DNA from: an uncultured Maribacter sp.
GTDB taxonomy: Bacteria; Bacteroidota; Bacteroidia; Flavobacteriales; Flavobacteriaceae
Reading direction: 5' to 3'
DNA length: 33,384 nucleotides
NCBI GenBank assembly: GCA_964649755.1
Contig: CAZYQR010000001.1
Span: 1-33,384, forward strand
Part shown: piece after piece, positions 7,879-18,378 of the stretch
How the letters are laid out: each line of letters opens with the position of its first letter
Numbering within the stretch: position 1 is the first letter of the stretch
Notes under the pieces: generated by a model
Told to the model about the DNA's origin: nothing
Database searches by the model: none
The model's input: only the letters and a program-made list of their open reading frames with translations
Translations under genes and position numbers: made by a program

Positions 7879-9675
7879 TTGAAGAAAATACGAAACTTTT
7901 GCATTATCGCGCATATTGACCATGGCAAAAGCACCTTGGCTGATAGGCTGTTGGATTTTACTGGTTCTGTAACGGAGCGGGAAAAAAAAGAACAGCTATT
8001 GGATACTATGGATCTTGAGCGTGAACGCGGCATTACCATAAAAAGTCATGCCATTCAAATGGAATATACCTATAAGGGCGAGGAATATATTTTGAACTTA
8101 ATCGATACTCCTGGTCATGTGGATTTTTCTTATGAGGTGTCCCGTTCAATTGCGGCTTGTGAAGGCGCCCTCTTAGTGGTAGATGCTGCACAAAGTATAC
8201 AAGCGCAGACGATAAGCAATCTTTATTTAGCACTTGAAAATGATCTTGAGATTATTCCTATTTTGAACAAGATAGATCTGCCTAGTGCCAATCCTGAGGA
8301 GGTAACTGACGATATCGTGGATCTTTTAGGCTGTAAAGCGGAAGATATAATTCCTGCAAGCGCCAAGACTGGTATAGGGATTGGGGAAATTTTGGAAGCT
8401 GTTATCGAGCGTATACCTGCTCCATCCGGAATTGCTGATGAATCACTGCAAGCTTTGGTTTTTGATTCTGTTTATAATCCTTTTAGAGGAGTAGAAACCT
8501 ATTTTAGGGTTATCAATGGGGAAATCAGGAAGGGTCAAAAAATAAAATTTGTAGCCACTGAAAAGAGTTATTTTGTAGATGAGGTAGGGACTTTAAAATT
8601 GACACAACAGCCCAAACAAGTTATTAAAACAGGGGATGTTGGTTATATGATAACAGGAATAAAAGATGCTAGAGAGGTAAAGGTTGGTGATACCATTACA
8701 GATTCGGCCAATCCTACAATAAATGCCATCGAAGGTTTCGAAGACGTAAAGCCCATGGTATTCGCAGGCATATACCCTGTCGATACAGAGGATTTTGAGG
8801 AGCTACGTTCCTCAATGGAAAAGCTCCAATTAAACGATGCTTCCCTGGTTTTTACACCTGAAAGCAGTGCAGCCCTAGGTTTTGGTTTTCGATGTGGTTT
8901 CTTGGGTATGCTTCATATGGAAATCATACAAGAGCGCCTGGAGCGTGAATTCGACATGACCGTCATTACTACGGTGCCCAATGTTAGCTACCATGCATTT
9001 ACGAGAAAGAATCCCGATACACCTTTAGTCGTTAACAACCCTTCGGATCTTCCTGACCCGTCAACAGTAGACAGGGTAGAAGAACCATACATTAAAGCGA
9101 CTATAATCACCAAAGCCGATTTCGTCGGTAATGTTATGTCGCTATGTATTGAAAAAAGAGGGCTGATTACCAATCAGACGTATTTAACTACTGAGCGCGT
9201 TGAGTTGAATTTTGATATGCCTTTGGCAGAAATTGTTTTTGATTTTTATGACCGATTAAAAACCGTTTCAAAAGGCTATGCTTCTTTTGATTATACCCCA
9301 ATTGGATTGCGAACGTCAAAATTGGTCAGGGTTGACATTTTGCTGAATTCGCAACCTGTTGATGCACTTTCTGCTTTAATTCATGCAGACAATGCAGCTA
9401 ATATAGGTAAGAAAATGTGTGGGAAATTAAGGGAACTTATTCCACGACAACAATTTGACATTCCTATACAAGCGGCAATCGGAGCAAAGATCATTTCAAG
9501 GGAAACCATTAAGGCCCTTCGTAAAGACGTTACCGCCAAATGTTATGGGGGTGATATTTCACGTAAGCGCAAGCTCTTGGAAAAGCAGAAAAAGGGTAAA
9601 AAACGGATGCGTCAAGTAGGTAATGTAGAAATACCCCAACAGGCATTTATGGCGGTATTGAAGTTGAATGACTGA
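7879..9675 (+). CDS. lepA: Translation elongation factor 4 (LepA)
   Basis: 598 aa, TTG start. [60 protein letters not shown]. Confidence 0.98.
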   Translation: MKKIRNFCIIAHIDHGKSTLADRLLDFTGSVTEREKKEQLLDTMDLERERGITIKSHAIQMEYTYKGEEYILNLIDTPGHVDFSYEVSRSIAACEGALLVVDAAQSIQAQTISNLYLALENDLEIIPILNKIDLPSANPEEVTDDIVDLLGCKAEDIIPASAKTGIGIGEILEAVIERIPAPSGIADESLQALVFDSVYNPFRGVETYFRVINGEIRKGQKIKFVATEKSYFVDEVGTLKLTQQPKQVIKTGDVGYMITGIKDAREVKVGDTITDSANPTINAIEGFEDVKPMVFAGIYPVDTEDFEELRSSMEKLQLNDASLVFTPESSAALGFGFRCGFLGMLHMEIIQERLEREFDMTVITTVPNVSYHAFTRKNPDTPLVVNNPSDLPDPSTVDRVEEPYIKATIITKADFVGNVMSLCIEKRGLITNQTYLTTERVELNFDMPLAEIVFDFYDRLKTVSKGYASFDYTPIGLRTSKLVRVDILLNSQPVDALSALIHADNAANIGKKMCGKLRELIPRQQFDIPIQAAIGAKIISRETIKALRKDVTAKCYGGDISRKRKLLEKQKKGKKRMRQVGNVEIPQQAFMAVLKLND

Positions 9676-9690
9676 ATCTTTTTAAGCTTG

Positions 9691-11541
9691 TTAATTGCCT
9701 TTCATGTTAGTTTTCCCAGTATCGAAAGCCTTACCTAGATATACTAGCTTATATCCTTTTTTTATGTCTTTGAATTCCTTACTGTAAGACGACATTATCT
9801 TAAGATCGCCATCAAGGGTTTTTAAAAATATAGGGATAATGTCCTCGTCATTTTTTGTAATCTCAATAAGACCGTCATAATGGGATTGATCGTTGAGTTC
9901 AATCTCATGGACTTTAGGGTTTTTTCTCGCAGCCTCCACCAATTTAATAAAGTCATCAGTATGTGAGAACAATCCTTCTCTTGGATTATTTTCTGGGTCA
10001 TTCATCTCATCTGTGGTTACCAAACGAAATGAGCCGTTTTCGCCGAAATTATTATGGAATTTATGAATGGCGTAATTATTTATTTCCGGGTTACCTGTCA
10101 ATGCCATAAGGTAACCCACATCATTCAATTCAATGTTGTCAGACAACGTTTCTGAATAAATATTAGCAGAAAGTGCTTCTAGCCCCAACTGCTTTGCCTT
10201 ATTGATGTTGGATTCATTATTATCGATCAACACAACATGCCTATTGTTTTTGAATAAATACTCCGCGATGAGTATAGAGACCTGGGAAGCACCGATAATC
10301 AGAATTCCCTCGGATTTTTTTAGAAAAACCCCAAGTATCCGGGCAACAAATCTTGCCGTGGTAGCATTTAATATAACCGTTCCCAGAACAATCATAAAAA
10401 CCAATGGGGTAATATAGTTAGCGCCAACAACACCATCGCTTGCCAGTTTCAGGCCAAATAATGACGCAATACCGGCAGCGACTATACCTCTTGGGCCGAC
10501 CCAACTAATAAAAAGCTTTTCATTGAATATTAATTTCGAATTTCGTGTGCTAAGAAAAACCCCTAATGGTCTAATGAGGAAAACCACTATTGCGAAAAGT
10601 ATTGCTGTATTCCAATTGTAGATCAACAAAAGATCTTCCATATTGATATTCGCAGCGAGTAGAATAAAAAGTATTGATATGAGAAGTACACTCAATGATT
10701 CCTTAAAATAAAGAAGCTCTTTCAAATAGGCAGCGTTGAAGTTCCCCATGACCAACCCCATCACAACAACAGCAAGAAGTCCAGACTCCTGGGCAAAACT
10801 ATCTGATAATACAAAAACACCTAGTACCAAGGCCAGCGAAAACACATTCAATAAATAACGTGGGATCCAGTTCTTGTTGATGGCAAAATTCAAGGCATGG
10901 GCAAAGGTGAAACCAAAAGTGAATCCGAATAAGACAATCTTCCCAAATTCAATCAAGGCAGTTATGGTAAATTCACCACCTGCCTCAACACTTATAAATT
11001 CAAACACCAATACGGCCACCAAGGCCCCTATGGGGTCTATTAGAATGCCTTCCCACTTCAATACCGCAGAAACATCTTGCTTTAATGGAATATTCCTTAA
11101 AATCGGAGTTATAACCGTAGGTCCAGTAACAATAATCAACGCAGCAAACAAAAAAGATATTGGCCAACTTAAATAAAATAAATAATGAGCAGCAACGGCT
11201 CCACCAAAAAAAGTAACAAGAGATCCCAAGGTAATCAGCTTGGTAATAACAGGGCCAACATTCTTTATTTCGTTCGTTTTTAAGGTAAGGCCTCCTTCAA
11301 AAAGAATAATACTAATAGCCAATGAAACAAAGTGAAAAAGACTTTCTCCTGGAAACAATCCTTCTTTGCCGTTCCAGATCGGTTCAATCCATTTGGTGCC
11401 ATCCTCTGATAAGTATTCTGCCGCAATTGGCCCAACCAACAAGCCAATTAAGATCAAAGGTAATATTGCAGGTATTTTGAACTTCCATGCAAACCACTGT
11501 GCAATTATTCCCAATATTACTATTCCCGCTAATTCTAACAT
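9691..11541 (-). CDS. CPA1/NhaP-type cation:proton antiporter with C-terminal TrkA-N/RCK-like domain
   Basis: Polytopic membrane domain with ILFEGG, TGPTV, WEGILIDP and GPRGIVAA motifs; soluble Rossmann-like tail ILIIGAS...VVLID. Confidence 0.9.
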   Translation of the reverse strand: MLELAGIVILGIIAQWFAWKFKIPAILPLILIGLLVGPIAAEYLSEDGTKWIEPIWNGKEGLFPGESLFHFVSLAISIILFEGGLTLKTNEIKNVGPVITKLITLGSLVTFFGGAVAAHYLFYLSWPISFLFAALIIVTGPTVITPILRNIPLKQDVSAVLKWEGILIDPIGALVAVLVFEFISVEAGGEFTITALIEFGKIVLFGFTFGFTFAHALNFAINKNWIPRYLLNVFSLALVLGVFVLSDSFAQESGLLAVVVMGLVMGNFNAAYLKELLYFKESLSVLLISILFILLAANINMEDLLLIYNWNTAILFAIVVFLIRPLGVFLSTRNSKLIFNEKLFISWVGPRGIVAAGIASLFGLKLASDGVVGANYITPLVFMIVLGTVILNATTARFVARILGVFLKKSEGILIIGASQVSILIAEYLFKNNRHVVLIDNNESNINKAKQLGLEALSANIYSETLSDNIELNDVGYLMALTGNPEINNYAIHKFHNNFGENGSFRLVTTDEMNDPENNPREGLFSHTDDFIKLVEAARKNPKVHEIELNDQSHYDGLIEITKNDEDIIPIFLKTLDGDLKIMSSYSKEFKDIKKGYKLVYLGKAFDTGKTNMKGN

Positions 11542-11575
11542 CTAAAAGGTTTTCAGATAAAAATACTAATTTAAA

Positions 11576-13780
11576 CTAAACATCTTTCATTGTCAGGCGT
11601 AATACAGAACAGGCAGATTTTTCTGCGTATTTGTCTTTCCCTGTACCAAAAAGAACACTTAACCAATTGTCTTTTTGTGGGGTGCCCAAAATCAATAAAT
11701 CGTAGCTTGCTGATTCTTTGGAAATAGCAGTAACTGAATCATCATCTTTTAAAATATGGACATCAGTTTTTGTATCCACTTTTAGAAGTAAATTCTTCGA
11801 GTTTTGTTCGATATCGGCAATAGTCGTTTTATCCGTGGTTTCAGGAACAACATGCAATAAGGTAAGTGAGGCATTATAAAAATGACAAATTCTATCGGCA
11901 ACCGCTATAAAGTTCTTGTCTTTTCGCCCAGGGCGTAATGCCAATAATACTTTGCTGATATATCGCACCCCCTCATCTTTGAACAGTGCGAAATCGGAGT
12001 TAATATGCGTCACCAACCATCCAATGGGGTTACTCACCAAAATGCCACTATGTGCCCTTCCGTTCCATCCCATGACCAACCAATCACAATGGGTCTGGTC
12101 GCTAAGTTCATGGATTGTATCAGACATTTCATGGGTAACCACAGCTTCAAAATCAATAATTATATCCTTGGATTCTGCCAAACGCTCTATCCTTCTTTCC
12201 AAGGATGTAATATGGGGGTCGATTTCGCTGAAAGCATCTAAAAAAGTCTGGTTTGGAACTTCAGTAACATTAACTGCCTGGATTTTATCCCGTTTGTTGA
12301 TGGCAGCGGCTATTTCCAACAACATTTCAGGTGATTTCTCATTACCAAGCAATGGCACTACAACCCCCGCATCCGAAACCAGTTTTCCATCTAAACTTTG
12401 AACTTCACTTTGTTGATTGTTTCTATACTGTATTATATCCTTGTCCTTTCTTTTGTAAAACAAATACATGGCCGGTCGATGCCCATATTTCCTTAATATT
12501 CCAGTTCTGGTTGCATTTTTTCCAAAGAAAAAATATATAACAATCCCAATTGCAAAAATGCCTACTACAGCCATAAAAGGACCTAAGCCTAAAAATACCA
12601 ATAAGACAACACCACTGATTATTCCGAATAATTGAACGAAAGGATACAAAGGGGAACGAAAAGGAGGATTATACCATTGTGCAGACGTTTCCCGTAAAAC
12701 GATAACACTGGCATTGACCAAAATGAACATCATGACCATAAAAGCACTGGCCAATTTTGCGATTTTTTCAACGTCAAGAAAAATAATGACCAATCCCATG
12801 GCCACACAGGTCATGATAATCGTTACAACCGGCGTTAAATATTTAGAATGGATTTTACCCATGAAATCTGGTAAAAGCTTATCTATAGCCATTGCAAAAG
12901 GAAATCTCGAAGCTGCCAAAACACCGGAATTCGCCATTGAAATAAGAGTAACTATACCTATGCCGGCTGCGATGTAACCAATAAAACTTCCGCCAAGTAA
13001 ATTTGCTATGGTGTAAATGGGTTTTATATCTGTTTTCAGTTCGGCCATAGGAATGTTGCCAACCAAAACAAAGGCCACAAAAACATAAATGGTCATCATT
13101 ATGAACAAAGACAATATCATTGCCCTAGGAAGGTTTTTACTCGGGTTTTTTATTTCTCCAGCAATAGCGGCCACTTTGGTAACCCCCGCATAAGAGATAT
13201 AAACAAATGCAATAGTTGAAATTAAGCCCATATTCCCTTTTGTAAGAAAAGGGTCCAATAAAGCTGGGGATACTTTTGGTAGACCAAATATCAAAATCAA
13301 ACTTAGGGTTATAATACTCATAGAAACAATGACAAGCTGAACCCTTCCTACTTTCTTGACTCCCAATATATTTAAAAACAAAATGACCAATAAAAAGATC
13401 AGGGCAATGTATTTGGTAAGCCCAACTTCTATATTCACCAATATGGAAAGATAGGCTCCGAACCCCACTAATGCAAAGGCGCTTTTGAGAAGTAATGAAA
13501 GCCATAACCCAATACCTGCAATGGTTCCAAAAATTGGCCCAAAGGCACGCTCAATATAAACGTAGGTGCCTCCCGAAGAAGGCATCGCTGTTGCCAATTC
13601 AGATTTTGATAGTGCTGCAGGTAAAATACAAACCGCTGCCAGTAGATATGCCAGCCAAACTGAAGAACCTGTCTTAGCTGCAGCCAAACCAGGTAAGACG
13701 AAAATACCGCTCCCCAGCATACCGCCAATACTAATTGCTATTACTGAAGTTAAGGATAAGCTGCGTTCTAGTTTCTTCAA
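11576..13780 (-). CDS. APC-family amino acid permease fused to two universal-stress-protein (USP)-like domains
   Basis: TTG start. APC motifs GGMLGSGIF, SELATAMPSSGGTY, AGEIKNPSKNLP, ASRFPFAMA; about 270-aa cytoplasmic tail with USP signatures CDWLVMG, LTLLHVV, YDLLILGT, SACSVL. Confidence 0.88.
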   Translation of the reverse strand: MKKLERSLSLTSVIAISIGGMLGSGIFVLPGLAAAKTGSSVWLAYLLAAVCILPAALSKSELATAMPSSGGTYVYIERAFGPIFGTIAGIGLWLSLLLKSAFALVGFGAYLSILVNIEVGLTKYIALIFLLVILFLNILGVKKVGRVQLVIVSMSIITLSLILIFGLPKVSPALLDPFLTKGNMGLISTIAFVYISYAGVTKVAAIAGEIKNPSKNLPRAMILSLFIMMTIYVFVAFVLVGNIPMAELKTDIKPIYTIANLLGGSFIGYIAAGIGIVTLISMANSGVLAASRFPFAMAIDKLLPDFMGKIHSKYLTPVVTIIMTCVAMGLVIIFLDVEKIAKLASAFMVMMFILVNASVIVLRETSAQWYNPPFRSPLYPFVQLFGIISGVVLLVFLGLGPFMAVVGIFAIGIVIYFFFGKNATRTGILRKYGHRPAMYLFYKRKDKDIIQYRNNQQSEVQSLDGKLVSDAGVVVPLLGNEKSPEMLLEIAAAINKRDKIQAVNVTEVPNQTFLDAFSEIDPHITSLERRIERLAESKDIIIDFEAVVTHEMSDTIHELSDQTHCDWLVMGWNGRAHSGILVSNPIGWLVTHINSDFALFKDEGVRYISKVLLALRPGRKDKNFIAVADRICHFYNASLTLLHVVPETTDKTTIADIEQNSKNLLLKVDTKTDVHILKDDDSVTAISKESASYDLLILGTPQKDNWLSVLFGTGKDKYAEKSACSVLRLTMKDV

Positions 13781-13887
13781 ATCTTGGGATTTATGCCTAA
13801 AAATAGGCTTTTTTAAATAATGTCTTCCTACGAAAATATGTTCTGTCTGGCATAATCAATTCGTATTGTTTTATTAATTTGCACGCC

Positions 13888-14748
13888 ATGAAATTATATC
13901 CCATTGAGACCGGTAATTTTAAATTAGACGGAGGCGCCATGTTCGGAGTGGTGCCAAAAACGATTTGGAATAACACCAACCCAGCAGATAGTCATAATAT
14001 GATTGATATGGCCGCCCGCAGCCTACTGATCGAAGATGGCGATCGATTGATTTTGATTGATACGGGTATGGGTAATAAGCAATCAGATAAATTCTTTGGA
14101 TATTATTATCAATGGGGCAATCATTCTTTAGATAAATCACTCCAAAAATTCGGTTTTCATCGTGATGATATTACCGATGTATTCATGACTCATCTTCATT
14201 TTGACCATTGCGGCGGAAGCATTCAATGGAACAAAGACCGTACGGGCTATGAGCCAGCATTTAAAAACGCACATTTTTGGACCAACGAAGATCATTGGCA
14301 ATGGGCAACTATACCCAATATGCGTGAAAAAGCTTCATTCTTGCAAGAAAACCTTCTTCCCATGCAAGAAAGTGGGCAATTGAAATTCATTAAAAAAGAT
14401 GAAAGTGCTTATTTAAAAAATTCGGAATTGGGTTTTGGTATTCTTTTTGTAGATGGACATACGGACAAGCAAATGCTACCTCATATAAGTTACAAAGGAA
14501 AGACCTTGGTTTTTACAGCAGATTTAGTGCCAACCGCTGGGCATATTCCCGTCCCTTATGTAATGGGATACGATACGCGCCCATTACTGAGTATGGAAGA
14601 AAAACAATTATTCATGAATGAAGCCGTCGCAAATGATTATTTTCTGTTTTTGGAGCATGACGCCCATAACGAGATTTGTACGCTTCAAAATACAAGAAAA
14701 GGAGTGCGTTTAGACCAAATTCATACATTTAATGAAATATTCAATTAA
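13888..14748 (+). CDS. MBL-fold metallo-hydrolase (YtnP/lactonase-like)
   Basis: Start moved to ATG 13888 (MKLYPIETG). LDGGAMFGVVP, THLHFDH (HxHxDH), GHT, ADL, EHD. Confidence 0.9.
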   Translation: MKLYPIETGNFKLDGGAMFGVVPKTIWNNTNPADSHNMIDMAARSLLIEDGDRLILIDTGMGNKQSDKFFGYYYQWGNHSLDKSLQKFGFHRDDITDVFMTHLHFDHCGGSIQWNKDRTGYEPAFKNAHFWTNEDHWQWATIPNMREKASFLQENLLPMQESGQLKFIKKDESAYLKNSELGFGILFVDGHTDKQMLPHISYKGKTLVFTADLVPTAGHIPVPYVMGYDTRPLLSMEEKQLFMNEAVANDYFLFLEHDAHNEICTLQNTRKGVRLDQIHTFNEIFN

Positions 14749-14758
14749 GCCATGTTTG

Positions 14759-14777
14759 GGAAATTTCGTAAATTTCC
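14759..14777. promoter_or_regulatory. 8-3-8 inverted repeat upstream of the S8 peptidase (candidate operator)
   Basis: GGAAATTT-CGT-AAATTTCC; overlaps the -7-like TAAATTTC at 14769-14776; no U-tract follows. Confidence 0.35.
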
Positions 14778-14853
14778 ACTCCGATAATGATACACTTCCT
14801 TCAAACAAAGATCCCTTATAATCAAAGAAACACACTAACTTAATAATTTATAA

Positions 14854-16476
14854 ATGACACGTAATTTTTCAAAGCCCATCTTAGGGTTCACAGCAGCTAT
14901 CTTTTTACTGGGTTGCGGGGCAACCACAATAATTTCTACGCCCATTGAAAAAATAGATGCCATGCCACTTAAAGTGGCAGATTTGACGGAAAATCAAAAA
15001 AAGTCATGGGGGCATACGGACTTGGTTGCAGATACAATTCCTGGAATGAGTGTAGACAAGGCTTATCGTGAAATCATTGGCACAAAAAAAGGAACCAAAG
15101 TCATAGTTGCGGTTTTAGATTCGGGAATAGATCTAAAGCACGAAGATTTAGACGGGGTAATCTGGACTAATAGAAAGGAAAAGCCCGGTAATGGCAAGGA
15201 CGATGATAAAAATGGCTACATCGACGATATTCATGGATATAATTTCTTGGGCGAATCATACAATGAGCAATTGGAATATGCTAGAATCCTAAGGCTCAAA
15301 TTGGGAGATGCTGATTTACAAGCTAAAGCAAAGACTGAATTGGACAAGGAATACCAGCAGGCCTTTGGCAACAAACAACAGTATGAACAAATACTACAGG
15401 CTGTTGAAAAAGCTGATGCCGCTGTAAAGCAACATTTGGGTAAAACGGATTATACCAAAAAAGATGTTTCTGGTATAAAGTCTGAGAATGAAGAAATGCA
15501 AAGGCATGTAGCTGTGTTGACTCAGATGTACACCTTTGCAGATAGTATTCCTGAAATTATTGAAGAATTAGAGGGTGGCATCAAACATTTCACAGAACAA
15601 CTGAATTATAACCTCAAGGTAGATTTTGATGGGAGGAAAGTTGTTGGTGATAATCCGTATGATTTAATGGATACCAAATATGGTAACGGAAACCCTCAAA
15701 ACAGGGTTGAGGATGAGAGTCATGGCACCCACGTGGCGGGTATTATAGCCGCTGAACGAAACAATGGAAAAGGAGCTAAAGGTGTGGCCAATAATGTTGC
15801 CATAATGAGTATAAGGGCAGTTCCCAACGGAGATGAATACGATAAGGATATCGCTTTAGGCATTCGGTATGCCGTTGACAATGGGGCCAAAATCATTAAC
15901 GGCAGTTTTGGAAAGTCATTTTCGCCAAATGCAGAATGGGTATACGAAGCTATTAAATATGCGGCTTCCAAAGACGTCTTGATTGTGCATGCCGCCGGTA
16001 ACGAGGGGGCTAATTTAGATGACCCAAAGAATCCAAATTATCCAAATGATCAAATAAACAATGGTCCGGAAATTGCAGACAATGTCATTACAGTAGGTGC
16101 TTTAGATCCTAAATATGGTTCAGAAATGGTTGCCTCCTATTCTAATTACGGAGCAATAAATGTTGACGTTTTTGCACCTGGAACAGATATTTATTCTACT
16201 GTGCCAAATAACAAGTATGAATTCATGCCCGGAACTTCAATGGCCGCCCCAGCAGTTGCAGGGGTTGCTGCTTTGGTACGTTCCCAATACCCAAGCCTTA
16301 GCGCTTCACAGGTAAAGAAAGTAATTCTTGACTCCGGTCTCAGCGTCAAGGCTGCGGTTATCCTTGGAGGTGATGCATCAAAAAACAATACGTTGGACAA
16401 GATCAGCACCTCAGGAAAAATTGTAAATGCCTATAACGCATTGCTAATGGCGAGAACAATGGCAACTGGAAAATAA
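14854..16476 (+). CDS. S8 (subtilisin-like) serine peptidase lipoprotein
   Basis: Lipobox LLGC; catalytic triad VLDSG / HGTHVAG / GTSMAAP; oxyanion AAGN; Ca-loop DDDKNGYIDD. Confidence 0.95.
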   Translation: MTRNFSKPILGFTAAIFLLGCGATTIISTPIEKIDAMPLKVADLTENQKKSWGHTDLVADTIPGMSVDKAYREIIGTKKGTKVIVAVLDSGIDLKHEDLDGVIWTNRKEKPGNGKDDDKNGYIDDIHGYNFLGESYNEQLEYARILRLKLGDADLQAKAKTELDKEYQQAFGNKQQYEQILQAVEKADAAVKQHLGKTDYTKKDVSGIKSENEEMQRHVAVLTQMYTFADSIPEIIEELEGGIKHFTEQLNYNLKVDFDGRKVVGDNPYDLMDTKYGNGNPQNRVEDESHGTHVAGIIAAERNNGKGAKGVANNVAIMSIRAVPNGDEYDKDIALGIRYAVDNGAKIINGSFGKSFSPNAEWVYEAIKYAASKDVLIVHAAGNEGANLDDPKNPNYPNDQINNGPEIADNVITVGALDPKYGSEMVASYSNYGAINVDVFAPGTDIYSTVPNNKYEFMPGTSMAAPAVAGVAALVRSQYPSLSASQVKKVILDSGLSVKAAVILGGDASKNNTLDKISTSGKIVNAYNALLMARTMATGK

Positions 16477-16499
16477 AATAATTTTATATTTAGATTAGT

Positions 16500-18359
16500 A
16501 TGCAGTTTATTAAAACAATACTCTTTCTTGCACTGGTAAACTTTACTTTATTCGTTCAAGGACAGCATTCAAATTCTTATTGGCAACAACATGTCGACTA
16601 TTCCATTGAGGTAGCGATGGATGTTGAGAATTATCAATATCAGGGAACACAAAAACTGGTTTATACCAATAATTCCCCTGATGAATTGACACGAGTGTAT
16701 TATCATTTGTATTTCAATGCCTTTCAACCCGGCAGTGAGATGGATATTCGTCTTCAGAACATAGATGATCCTGATGGCAGAATGTTTGTTGAAGGCAAGA
16801 GTAGAATAGCTGCTTTATCCCCTAACGAAATAGGGTACTTGCACCCTACTTCTTTGACACAAGATGGTGAAAAAGTAAAGTTCAATGAAGAAGGGACCGT
16901 TTTAGTCGTAGAATTGGCCAAACCTATTCAAGCAGGTGGAAAAACAACCTTTGAAATGGCATTCAAAGGCCAAGTTCCTGTTCAAATTAGACGTTCTGGG
17001 AGAAATAATAAAGAAGGCGTAGCGCTTTCAATGAGTCAATGGTATCCCAAATTGGCTGAATATGATTTTGAAGGATGGCATGCTGATCCTTACATAGCTC
17101 GGGAATTTCATGGCGTTTGGGGCGATTTTGACGTAAAATTGACAATAGATAAAGATTATATCGTGGGTGGAACCGGTTATTTACAAAATCCACAAGAAAT
17201 TGGGCATGGCTATGAAGCTACTGGAACCAAAGTCAAAAAAGCAAAAGGAAAGACCCTAACATGGCATTTTAAAGCCCCGATGGTACACGATTTTATGTGG
17301 GCGGCTGATCCAGATTATCTGCACGATACGCTGAAAATGGAAAAAGGTCCTACGCTTCACTTTTTATATAAAAACGACCCAGAGATAATCGAGAACTGGA
17401 AGAAACTCCAGCCTAAAACTGCTGAGGCCATGGAGTTTTTCAGTAAAAACATAGGCAAATACCCCTATGAGCAGTATTCTGTGGTTCACGGTGGCGATGG
17501 CGGTATGGAGTATGCCATGAGCACTTTGATTTCGGGTGGTCGAAAACTAGGTAGTTTAGTGGGCGTAATGTCTCACGAAATGGCCCACTCTTGGTTTCAA
17601 CATATATTAGCGACCAACGAAACCAAACATGAATGGATGGATGAAGGTTTTACCTCATTTATTTCTAATTTATGCATGAACAAAATCATGGAAAGAAATA
17701 AAGATAATCCTTTTGAAAACACTTATAAAGGGTATCGCAATCTTGCGTTATCTGGTAAGGAGCAGCCACAGGCAACCCATGCGGATCGCTATGGGCATAA
17801 CTTTGCTTATGGCGCCTCAGCGTATAGCAAAGGATCCATATTCCTTTCACAATTGGGTTACATTATTGGTGAGGATAAATTAATGGAGACGATTAGAAAA
17901 TACTTCGACGATTTTAAGTTCAAGCATCCTGTGCCAAACGATATTAAAAGAACCGCCGAAAAGGTTTCTGGTATGGAATTGGATTGGTATTTAATGGATT
18001 GGACACAGACTACCAACACCATCGATTATAACTTAAAGGATGTCTCTAATGCAGGAGCCAAAACTAAAGTTACAATGGAACGAAAAGGTCTAATGCCAAT
18101 GCCCTTGGATATTCTAGTCGTATATAATGATGGTACCCGTGAAACTTTTTATGCGCCTTTGAGAATGATGCGCGGTGAAAAGGAAAATCCGTACCCAGAT
18201 TTAAAAAGAACAGTATTGCCAGATTGGCCTTGGGCATACCCCACTTTTGAATTTTCAATTAACAGACCTATCAACGAAATTCGGGCGATAATGATCGACC
18301 CTTCACAGCTCATGGCCGATGTTGATCCAGAAAACAACTTCTGGCAATCTTTAGACTAG
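16500..18359 (+). CDS. M1-family zinc aminopeptidase, secreted
   Basis: Signal peptide; GGMEY exopeptidase motif; HEMAH followed 18 residues later by the E of WMDEG; YSKG. Confidence 0.94.
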   Translation: MQFIKTILFLALVNFTLFVQGQHSNSYWQQHVDYSIEVAMDVENYQYQGTQKLVYTNNSPDELTRVYYHLYFNAFQPGSEMDIRLQNIDDPDGRMFVEGKSRIAALSPNEIGYLHPTSLTQDGEKVKFNEEGTVLVVELAKPIQAGGKTTFEMAFKGQVPVQIRRSGRNNKEGVALSMSQWYPKLAEYDFEGWHADPYIAREFHGVWGDFDVKLTIDKDYIVGGTGYLQNPQEIGHGYEATGTKVKKAKGKTLTWHFKAPMVHDFMWAADPDYLHDTLKMEKGPTLHFLYKNDPEIIENWKKLQPKTAEAMEFFSKNIGKYPYEQYSVVHGGDGGMEYAMSTLISGGRKLGSLVGVMSHEMAHSWFQHILATNETKHEWMDEGFTSFISNLCMNKIMERNKDNPFENTYKGYRNLALSGKEQPQATHADRYGHNFAYGASAYSKGSIFLSQLGYIIGEDKLMETIRKYFDDFKFKHPVPNDIKRTAEKVSGMELDWYLMDWTQTTNTIDYNLKDVSNAGAKTKVTMERKGLMPMPLDILVVYNDGTRETFYAPLRMMRGEKENPYPDLKRTVLPDWPWAYPTFEFSINRPINEIRAIMIDPSQLMADVDPENNFWQSLD

Positions 18360-18378
18360 GCGGAATAATTTTAATTTA

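Noticed and set aside
11916-12401. 161-aa antisense ORF and the other short antisense or alternate-frame ORFs (e.g. 6921-7343, 32041-32532, 32996-33319)
   Set aside because: They lie within well-supported genes, have no recognisable motifs, and show shadow-ORF composition.
13795-13814. Hairpin GCCTA-AAAA-TAGGC plus T6, resembling a plus-strand terminator
   Set aside because: The stem is only 5 bp and no plus-strand gene ends upstream; at most a weak antisense terminator or leader structure.
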